A stretch of 64,000 bases of DNA from Iphione sp. A-MEVVRFRX5 (lineage: Eukaryota), in contig OZ320315.1 of the NCBI GenBank assembly GCA_976226885.1, positions 41,540,001 through 41,604,000 on the forward strand. The letters are read 5' to 3'. The translations under genes were made by a program, and so were the position numbers. Within the stretch, counting starts at the first letter, position 1; every line of letters starts with the position of its first letter. This document shows positions 51,185-59,835 of this stretch, in pieces. The notes beneath the pieces were generated by a model. That model did not search any database. It had not been told where the DNA came from and was given only the letters and a program-made list of their open reading frames with translations.

Positions 51185-52129
51185 TGTCATGCTTCAGTCA
51201 ATTTGCAAGAGGATGTCCTCGGAGGACGAAACATTGCCCTCCTTGTAAAGTTCTGTGTCAATGAACGTCCCAAGTTACTTGAGATTCTTTTGGTTGGGTG
51301 TTCTTGGCACTTAAGTTAATTACTTAATTAGGACTTTCATAAACAGTGTGGCAGGGCATTGAACTGCTTACCACTGATCTCACCTTTCATAGCAAACTCC
51401 CCAATGTAAGTTATATTAGGTTCTTAATTGGATGTGACTGATAACACAGCTAGATAACCATATATCAGGCTTTTGGTGATCAGGAGTTATGTTGATCTGG
51501 GGTGTCATATGCATTTTTTATGACAGAAATCTGAGTACCAATTTTTTCATATAAAAAAATAAGTATTCCCCCATACCGATAAAATGTATACACTCTGTAT
51601 ACATTTCATATCTTTATATACATTTATTTAAGGCCCCAAGTACAAATTGGTCTTTTTGTGGTGACCCATCCTGAATTTCTTTTGTGGTTAGTTCAAGCAT
51701 TCACATGCTGTCCAACCAGCGATGAATTTCAATAAAGAAATTGTACTGACTTTCCATATTTCCCTTATCATCCTTTTCGATTTTCTTCCTCCAGGACGTG
51801 GTCCTAAAGGTAGTGGTAATGCTAGTTCATGTGATGTCTGAAGAGATACTTTCGAGACTGACTTAAATGACAATTCTCTATTGCCATTTATCATTTTGTG
51901 CGACAGTGGCTGTGTTGTAGTGTTATTCCCCATCAGATAATGTTATGCTTCAAGGTACAATTGCTACTAGCATTATGGAAAGAGAATATATTGTATAATG
52001 TACAGATAAAAAGATTTAAGTTCTGCTTGTACAGTCTAACAGCTGACCGGACATGCAAGGCTGGCTTTTTTAATGACACAAGTATTAAAAAGGATATTTT
52101 AGTAGGTGTAGTGAAACAATAAAGCTCTC

Positions 52130-52290
52130 GGAGTAAGGTGTCGATGCGAAGCTATTGCGTGTTGTTTATATGAAAACACCTAGAGGAGTCAATAATTGTG
52201 GGGTTATGATGGAGTAAGGTGTTGATGCGAAGCTATTGAGTGTTGTTTATATGGAAACACCTGGAGGAGTCAATAATTGTGGGGTTATGA
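52130..52290. repeat. 81-bp tandem duplication
   Basis: ggagtaaggtgt.gatgcgaagctattg...caataattgtggggttatga at 52130 and 52211. Confidence 0.85.
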
Positions 52291-53588
52291 CCCAGATGCC
52301 AAGGTTAATTGAAAAATTGACCCAGCAGTGATCCAAGTCAGAGAGTAAAGGTTAAATTGCAACCTCAGGTTGTGACCTCTTGTTATATAATGACCATGTT
52401 TGTTTGTACTTTTTAGATTGCTCCTTTGACTGTACTGGTATGCTTACTTAGCAATAAAGGATCAACTAAACTGCATCCCAAGTCCTGAGTTGTATTGTGT
52501 TACAATTTATCAATTAGAATTGTTACATTGTTCATGGTAGCATCACACACAGCAGGTGCGTTTGCCACATTTTGATGGTAATGTTAGTTCAGGTTTAGCA
52601 TTGTAAATCTATATTTCATGTTTATTCCTACATGCTGGTGGTAGCCACCTTTGGTGGTGGTTCTGGGATTGCTCCCAAATTAATATGCATGTAATGGGAG
52701 GTAACTACATTACACATAGTAAGAATACACAATACTTGCAACCTGACAATTTGTGACCGGTCATTTGAACCCCCATAGTCTGTACATTGAAAGTACAGCT
52801 AAGCACCTGGCGTGGATATAGCAGACTTATACTTGTCTTCCCATTGATGATAGAGTACTTCAAATGACAAAATCATACCTTAAAGAATTATATTACAGAT
52901 AGATACAAAAATACACACATTGTAGCTCTGGGAGACTCATGGCCAGAGTATCAATATTAGAACTATGAGAATTGTGACCAAAAAACTTGAGAGAGCTGGG
53001 GCACAAGAGCGAGGGTAGGCCAGAAATTAGGGCCAAATTCCTGAGTACAGATTGTTGTGGGTGCAAGTGACCTGACTTCCATAGAAATACATCATACTGC
53101 TTAGAGATTGGCGTATAATGATGTCTCCCACACCCTGTGTGATAGAAAATTATATTCATGTACATATATACATGTGCCAGTATATATGTTAGTTGCCAAG
53201 TCTAAATTTAAGGACTTTATGAATCGTGCTACATCATTGGTGAATTTGTCATTGGTTCCATGATTCATGAATGCTTGATCAAACTCTCAATAAGCCAGGA
53301 ATTCAGGGAGGGTCGCTTTGCTAGACAAGCACTAAAGAGGTTGTGTATGTGAGTACAACAGCACTAATTTACCAGTTTGACTAGACTTACCTGGGTAAGT
53401 TGACGGTAAACTGGAGTTAGTCCCGCTGTAGGAACGGAGTGGGGAGCAAGGGAGATATGATCGCTGCCACCTGGTGGACGACAGTATTGAAAGTGAGCGG
53501 CAAGAGCTGCCCTGTGTCGAAAAATACTGTAACGAGTGGGGAAGCTTCTTGCAGCAGATGCGAATCCGGGAGGGAGAGTCAGGGAGGG

Positions 53589-53713
53589 CCCTTGCTCCCC
53601 ACTCCGTTCCTACAGCGGGACTAACTCCAGTTTACCGTCAACTTACCCAGGTAAGTCTAGTCAAACTGGTAAATTAGTTCCGCTGGTCGTCACTACGTGG
53701 TGACCAAGGGAGA
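53589..53713 (-). repeat. DIRS internal complementary region (ICR)
   Basis: 53589-53678 is the reverse complement of 53363-53452; 53674-53713 is the reverse complement of 58133-58172; 5-nt overlap ttagt. Confidence 0.95.
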
Positions 53714-53906
53714 CTTGAAAGGTAAAGAATAAGACACTGGGCAGTATTGCAGAAAAAAGGCAGAATACTTTAATTCTGAATGAACACAGAAGCATGCAAA
53801 GGTTTTCAAAACGAGGGGTCTTTGACCCAGTGAACCAGTTTGAACGTAACAAAAAGAACCAGAGAGGACCCCTGTGGGGTCGTGTTGCTGCCTAGAGAGC
53901 TAGGAG

Positions 53907-54995
53907 TTACTTATGCGGAGTAATGTCTCTGCGGTAGTGTTTGAAGAAACTAGAGTCTGACCGCCACATCCCTTTGTTAAGGATTTCCTGCAAGGGCAGG
54001 CCTTGTGCGTAGAGTTTTGACGCGGACGCGCCTCTCGTGCTGTGCGCTGTGTAGACCGTCGTGTCCACCCCTGCTTTGGCCATGACTTCTTTGGCCCAAC
54101 GGCTAATGGACGTTTGTCCTACCGCTTGATGGGGCGGAATAACGCTGATAAACAGTCTACTGTTAGAGTCCGCTAAGTCTTTCGTGCGGTGAAAATATTC
54201 CTTGAGACAATGGACTACACACACTGCTGGGTCAGAGGTACAGGGGGTCAGTTTGACCTGATCAGGCCGTCTACCTGGTGCTGAGTGCTTAAGAACCGAC
54301 CCGTACAAAATAGTGACCGAACCGTCAGAGGAGAAATGAACGTTACATCTTACAATCTTATACAGTGTTTGGGTCCTCCCACAGGAGGCGAGAAGTAACA
54401 ACATGCTGGTTTTTAAGGACAACTCTTTTAGACTAAGGCTACTGTTTGGTGTCCAACTGCGTAAGAAACTGAGTACCAATTCTACGTCCCAAGTGTCTGT
54501 ATACCGGGCTCGGGGCGGTCGAACGTTAAAGATCCCTCTTAGTACACGGGAGGTAACGTACTGTTGTCCGAAAGGAACCCCATTAAGCTTAGGGAGAATG
54601 ACCGACAAGGCCGAACGCGCTGAATTAATGGTGTTATACCTAGCTCCTTGTTCAAATAACTGTACTAGAAACAACAGTCCTTGTTGTGTGGAAGCTCTAG
54701 TAGGGTGGAAGTTCTTTTCCATGCAAAAGGTTCGCCATCGGCGCAGGTAAGATCGATATAGCTGTCGAGTCTTTGGCCGCCATGAGCGGATGATGTGTTT
54801 TCCAATCTTGGGGTGTGGTGTCAGTTCACGTACTGTTTGTAGCATAAGCGGACAGCAACTAGCTTGATACTGGCGATATGTGGCTGGGAGCCCTGGAGGG
54901 GCCCCTGTAGGTTGTCCGGCTGGCTGTAGAACTTGAGTGGAGCCCGTGTGGAGGCCTCCATCAGCAGGGGGAACCACCATTGCGCTGGCCACCAT
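53907..54995 (-). CDS. DIRS tyrosine recombinase (probable start ATG 54845, 312 aa)
   Basis: SWRPKTRQLYRSYLRRWRTFC N-terminal helix; catalytic R (SCGR), K (LKHS), HSTR, W (GMW) and Y (KHY). Overlaps the end of pol in another frame. Confidence 0.95.
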   Translation of the reverse strand: MVASAMVVPPADGGLHTGSTQVLQPAGQPTGAPPGLPATYRQYQASCCPLMLQTVRELTPHPKIGKHIIRSWRPKTRQLYRSYLRRWRTFCMEKNFHPTRASTQQGLLFLVQLFEQGARYNTINSARSALSVILPKLNGVPFGQQYVTSRVLRGIFNVRPPRARYTDTWDVELVLSFLRSWTPNSSLSLKELSLKTSMLLLLASCGRTQTLYKIVRCNVHFSSDGSVTILYGSVLKHSAPGRRPDQVKLTPCTSDPAVCVVHCLKEYFHRTKDLADSNSRLFISVIPPHQAVGQTSISRWAKEVMAKAGVDTTVYTAHSTRGASASKLYAQGLPLQEILNKGMWRSDSSFFKHYRRDITPHK

Positions 54996-56788
54996 GGAGC
55001 CACCAGGATGACGTCGGCGTTGTCGGCTTGGGCCTTCCGGAGCGTCCGTCCCACCAGACTGAAAGGAGGGAAGGCATATGCGAGATCAAACTGTCCCCAA
55101 TGGAGTGTGAACGCATTGATAAAATAAGCTTCAGGGTCGGCTTTCCAGCTGACATAAGTGGGGACTTTGTGATTAACCCGGGATGCAAATAAGTCTACGT
55201 CGGGGGAGCCCCACTGTCGGACAATGCGGTCAAACAATTTATGGTTCAATTCCCATTCTATCTCAAGATTGAAGGATCTCGACTCAGTGTCCGCTATGAC
55301 GTTGGCGGACCCTGGGATGTGGGTTGCTTGTAGCACTAAGTTTCTTGCCTCCGCAAATTCCCAGATGGCTAGTGCTACCAGGTTACATTTTCCTGCTCGT
55401 GTCCCCCCCATGTTGTTAATGTAGCTTACTGTTGTTGTGTTGTCCGATAACAGTAGCACGTGTGCATCACGGGTGTTCTGGCAGTAAGTCCTTAAGCCAA
55501 AGAGAGCTGCCATCAGTTCGAGCACATTGATGTGCAGACCCCTTTCACTAGAGGACCATAGGCCTCCTGTGCTATGTCCGGAGTGGCTTGCGCCCCATCC
55601 CATGAGGGATGCGTCTGTTGTGAGTCGTAGTGTGGGAGACGAGAGTGTAAAGGTTTTCTGGATGGTGGGTATATTGGATATCCACCATTGTAACTCCTCT
55701 CTGCATCTATGTGTCAAGGAGAAGTTGCCCCGGAATTCCAGCCTCCCCGCTCGGCGAAGGCATTTTATTTTTCGCCTCTCTAAGTGTTTTAAGTGTGCCG
55801 GCCCATAATATGTTGCTTTAGTCAAGTCGTTTAAGGTCCCGATAACTGAGGCGGCTGTCCGTATGGAGCATGTGTTGTCCGTCAGCAGGCGTGTAACCTT
55901 TTGGGTTGAGCGAGTGATTTTATCACGTGTGGGTGTGATTGTTTCGGTTGTGGAGTCGATGTTGTAGCCCAAGAAGGTGATTTGTTGTTGAGGTTGCAGG
56001 TTTGACTTTTCCAGATTTGTTACGAACCCTAGTGTGGTGAGGGTTTGCATCACGGCTTGTGTGTGTTGTTCCGCCATTGCTGGCGTGTGGCTGATGATCA
56101 ACAGGTCATCGAGATATGCGATTAACCGTATCCCTTGTTCCCTGCAGTAGGCTAGTACGGGTCTGAGGACTTTGGTGAAGATTCTCGGGGCTGAACTAAG
56201 TCCGAATGGTAGCACATTAAATTTGTACACCTGGTCCTGCCATTGGAAAGCTAGATAGTCGCGGAACTCTGGTTCGATATTTACTGAGTGGTATGCGTCT
56301 TTTAGATCTAAAGATGTCAGGTAGGCATTAGGGTGTATCGCTAGTATTGCCGACTGAAAAGATTCCATTTTGAAATGATGTTTGACCAGGAATACATTGA
56401 GCTGAGAGAGGTCAATAATGAGTCTAAAGGTGCCGTTTGGTTTCGGTCGGAGGAAGATGTTGGATATGAACCGCGCCGATTGAGGGTGAATTTTGGCAAT
56501 TACCCCCGAGTTGAGCATCTTTCGTATAGCCTCACTTGCTGCTTGAGTTTGTTCATGGTTAAACAGGTACTGTCGAGGGATGGTCCCTTGAAAGGGCGTT
56601 TCTAAAAATTCTAATCTGACCCCTTGTACTAAGCTTAACATATCCTGGTCTGACGTGACATTTTCCCATTGCGGTACAAAGTCAGCAATCGTAATTTTAT
56701 ACGGAGCAGAAAAAGAGTGACTCACCCTTACTGGCCTTTGGGCTGGGGTTTCTGCTGCTGCCCCAGCCCCTTCCCGTTTCCCGGGCGG
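54821..56788 (-). CDS. pol: DIRS pol: RT + RNase H + Dam-like methyltransferase domain (open frame; no upstream ATG)
   Basis: LDLKDAY, LPFGLSSAP and YLDD (RT); TDAS, HINVLEL, SDN and HIPG..N..AD..SR (RH); DLFAS...AFPPF..V.RTL.K...LVAPWWP.Q.WFP (MT). The track start at 56725 is GTG, and the frame is open back to 56788. Confidence 0.95.
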   Translation of the reverse strand, partial: PPGKREGAGAAAETPAQRPVRVSHSFSAPYKITIADFVPQWENVTSDQDMLSLVQGVRLEFLETPFQGTIPRQYLFNHEQTQAASEAIRKMLNSGVIAKIHPQSARFISNIFLRPKPNGTFRLIIDLSQLNVFLVKHHFKMESFQSAILAIHPNAYLTSLDLKDAYHSVNIEPEFRDYLAFQWQDQVYKFNVLPFGLSSAPRIFTKVLRPVLAYCREQGIRLIAYLDDLLIISHTPAMAEQHTQAVMQTLTTLGFVTNLEKSNLQPQQQITFLGYNIDSTTETITPTRDKITRSTQKVTRLLTDNTCSIRTAASVIGTLNDLTKATYYGPAHLKHLERRKIKCLRRAGRLEFRGNFSLTHRCREELQWWISNIPTIQKTFTLSSPTLRLTTDASLMGWGASHSGHSTGGLWSSSERGLHINVLELMAALFGLRTYCQNTRDAHVLLLSDNTTTVSYINNMGGTRAGKCNLVALAIWEFAEARNLVLQATHIPGSANVIADTESRSFNLEIEWELNHKLFDRIVRQWGSPDVDLFASRVNHKVPTYVSWKADPEAYFINAFTLHWGQFDLAYAFPPFSLVGRTLRKAQADNADVILVAPWWPAQWWFPLLMEASTRAPLKFYSQPDNLQGPLQGSQPHIASIKLVAVRLCYKQYVN
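56705..56782 (-). promoter_or_regulatory. Putative -1 programmed ribosomal frameshift signal (G_GGA_AAC + pseudoknot)
   Basis: Heptamer 56782-56776 in the gag frame, 6-nt spacer, 9-bp stem 1 and 8-bp stem 2; a -1 shift enters the pol frame. Confidence 0.75.
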
Positions 56789-57873
56789 TTACTGTCGGAG
56801 TTCTCGAGCGGGCTCCTGTAGTTGTTCCCCTTATAGTCCGTTCTCTTCTTGTACCTGTTCTGAGTCTGGTTGCCTTGTTGACCATTGGCGGGCTTGTTCT
56901 TCGGGTACGGCTCGGACCGGTTTGCGAAGTTCCCGTTCTTGGGCTTGAACTTTCCTCCCACTTTTCCGCGGTCAAACTTTTTCGAGAACTTTTCATCGTC
57001 CTCCAGATCTTTGCATTTCTGGCGGAAGTCGTTTCCAAACAGAAGCTCCGACGACGGGGATGCTTCGTCTACCAGTTTTTTGTACGTATCCGGTAGTCCC
57101 ATCTTTACCTCGTGGCGTCTAATTTTGAGGAGGTCGTCCCTGTTGCTAGCTTGCATGTTCACCGTGTCTGTGATAATTTTAAGTGCGTCTCTAACCCACG
57201 GTTGTTCTCTTTCCTTCTTGATGAGGGTTTCTGAGAGCCTCGCTAGGCCGGTGAAAATGGTGTTCGCGCTATACATCTGTTTCTGGAGGGCCTTGTCACG
57301 ATTGCGTCCCACCGGATGCATGTGTAGCCACAACGCTGAATTAAGTTTCGGAACCTTCAACTGATCGATGTTTCCGGGTCTGGCGTATTTTTCGCGAAGG
57401 GCCTTAATGGTTTCCGTGTCTAGTGGAGTTTTCACCCTGCCTCCGAAGTATTTGGCGACTCTGTCATGCGTGTCCGCGGATACGGTTTTGTCACGATCGA
57501 TATTTTTAGCCAATTCTTCGAAATATGCTCCTTCGTCGTCATCTGGTGCTTCCGACAGTGTGGGCATATCTGCATCCTCGGGTAGGGATCCTAACAGTCC
57601 ATCGGTTGATAAGGTTGAGATGTTTGAAATCTGGTCCCCGAGCATCCGTTCAATGGAGGGCGCGAAGCTGCTTCGTGGGCTGGCGGCGCGACTCGCTCGT
57701 TCCACCGCCGTCATTCTGGCACCCAGGGAATGGATAGCTGACAGGACTTGGGTGAGAGTGTCGTCTTTCTCAGGTTGGTTTCTCGGTCTGAGGGCCGGAG
57801 GTCTGTTTTGAGGAACGACACCCTCGTCAGCCCCGCTAGAAGATGAGCTAGCTCTGTCGAGGTCTTCCGCCAT
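56728..57873 (-). CDS. gag: DIRS Gag-like ORF1 (381 aa)
   Basis: YARPGNIDQLKVPKLNSALW and SELLFGND motifs typical of animal DIRS1 ORF1; basic N/K/Q-rich tail; sits just inside the 5' ITR. Confidence 0.85.
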   Translation of the reverse strand: MAEDLDRASSSSSGADEGVVPQNRPPALRPRNQPEKDDTLTQVLSAIHSLGARMTAVERASRAASPRSSFAPSIERMLGDQISNISTLSTDGLLGSLPEDADMPTLSEAPDDDEGAYFEELAKNIDRDKTVSADTHDRVAKYFGGRVKTPLDTETIKALREKYARPGNIDQLKVPKLNSALWLHMHPVGRNRDKALQKQMYSANTIFTGLARLSETLIKKEREQPWVRDALKIITDTVNMQASNRDDLLKIRRHEVKMGLPDTYKKLVDEASPSSELLFGNDFRQKCKDLEDDEKFSKKFDRGKVGGKFKPKNGNFANRSEPYPKNKPANGQQGNQTQNRYKKRTDYKGNNYRSPLENSDSNRPGNGKGLGQQQKPQPKGQ

Positions 57874-59414
57874 GCTCGCAAAATGGCCGGTCTGGACCGC
57901 GTGTAGTTACAAAAAAGAAGGGGGGAAACGAGACCAAGACGGGTCGACCCCTTTCTAATTTGCGGTCAAATGGGAAAACAAAAGTCCCAAGCACTACTAG
58001 ATGTCAACCAAATCTGAAGTTAGCTGAAAAAGACGTCGATGGAGTTCGATAAAAAATCCTGACGTAGGTAACCGTCTGTCCACCTAGGAATCCAGGACTT
58101 TCACTGTCGTCCACCAGGTGGCAGCGATCATATCTCCCTTGGTCACCACGTAGTGACGACCAGCGGAACTAACTACCCTGACCGTTTGATACAAAAATGG
58201 ATAACACTCAAGTTGAAGTGGCATCAAGACTCAACTTAAGGAGTGGAACTTGTATTTTTAAAAAAGCAGAACTTTGATAATAAAGAAGAAAAGTGGGGGG
58301 AAGAGTTGTGACAAAATAAGTCTTCATCACACACACATAACACAACACAATAGGTCACAAGCACAAGCACGAACGACAGAGTGCAAACCTATGACCTAAT
58401 GCTTGAACTTTAAGTAACATCTCATTCAGGCACTGAGATAAGGACACAATAAGTTATTTTTTCCATGCCTGTGCACATATTATACCACCTGTTGCTGGGA
58501 TGTTTGTATCATGAGTTGGTATACACTTTCAGTTCAGAACGCAAACATACAAAATGGCAGGTGTCCATTCAATGTTTCAACACAGAAATATAATAAATGT
58601 AAAAAGACCATTTCCTGTCAAAGACAGAATAGGATGCTTTAATTCAATACATAAACACTCTGCAGACGTATACTGAATCTATTTTAATACATATTAATCT
58701 TAAAATAAAAACCATTTTTTAAATACGTCATCTCCCAAACCAGAAGTCAAAAGATTTTATGCTCAGTATGCATGCTCAACTTTGCAACTTCCGGACTAAC
58801 AGTGGGACTCCGGGGGACCAAATAACACTTCACCAAGAAGTAAAACCATCCATAATGCTTAAATAAAGTCCAGATAATGGTTCACCAACAGTTTTTTTCT
58901 TTGGTAGCGCTTCACCAGTAATGACAGGGGGTGTCGGCTATTCTGGTGAAGCGTTATTGGCTCTTCCTATTCACCACGAAGTGTTATTTTCCCTCCTAAA
59001 TGAGCCCGAAACATTATCCAGCATCTAATGGTGAAGCGCTAACCAAGAAATAATTCTTGGTGAAGTGTTATCTGCTTGGTATTTTAGCACTATGAGTGGT
59101 CTGAATTCTTGGTGATGCATTAGGTTGTGTTCACATGCATCCTGACAACAAATCGGCCGTGTGTGTGGACACAGAGGAACCCCCTGCAGAGTTTGTTAGT
59201 TAATTGCCTCCATATGGTCTACAGCTGTCCCTTAACCATTGCTTCTATGGAACTTCCCATACGTGTCCATGCCAATCCCATCCTTGACGGGATGGGATTT
59301 TGACACCCGCATCCATGTGTGGATGTGTATAAGGCCTGGTTTCCTTGTGTATGTTTTTTTTTCTGTACTGTGTGCCTGTGTGGAAAACCAGTCGCTTTTC
59401 CGGACCTGCATGGA

Positions 59415-59573
59415 NNNNNNNNNNNNNNNNNNNNNNNNNNNNNNNNNNNNNNNNNNNNNNNNNNNNNNNNNNNNNNNNNNNNNNNNNNNNNNNNNNNNNN
59501 NNNNNNNNNNNNNNNNNNNNNNNNNNNNNNNNNNNNNNNNNNNNNNNNNNNNNNNNNNNNNNNNNNNNNNNNN
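59415..59573. other. Assembly gap (N run)
   Basis: 159 consecutive N. Confidence 1.
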
Positions 59574-59835
59574 GAATATCAGTAGAACTTGTGTGGCTTT
59601 TTGTGGAGGTTGAAGCATATCTGTGGAAATTTTGTGTTTTTTGTGGAGGACAAAGCATATCTGTATAAATTGTGCATTTTTTTTTGCAGAGGTTGAAGCA
59701 TATCAGTGGAAATTGTGCAGTTTTCTGCAGAGGTTGAAGCATATCAGTGGAAATTGTGCATTTTTTGTGGAGGTCAAAGCATATCTGTGGAAATTGTGCA
59801 GTTTTTATGCAGATGATATGCAAATTACAAATAAT
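59574..59835. repeat. ~40-bp minisatellite abutting the gap
   Basis: Units of tgaagcatatc(a/t)gtggaaattgtgca.ttttt.t(g/c).gagg; same family as 23769-23915. Confidence 0.8.

Larger units (their letters stand above)
53363..58172 (-). mobile_element. Full-length DIRS1-type tyrosine-recombinase retrotransposon (4810 bp)
   Basis: gag, RT/RH/MT and YR. 38-bp ITRs (58103-58140 / 53448-53485). The ICR at 53589-53713 is perfectly complementary to the 3' terminal 90 bp (53363-53452) and the 5' terminal 40 bp (58133-58172). ACTAA core at both host junctions and at the ICR junction. Confidence 0.95.

Noticed and set aside
56720-56736. Two good splice donors (CA|GTAAGG and GG|GTGAGT) at the DIRS gag stop, suggesting spliced YR or pol expression
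   Set aside because: I found no strong phase-compatible acceptor near the YR start (54995-54830), and YR has its own ATG at 54845. Worth an RNA-seq look but unsupported as it stands.
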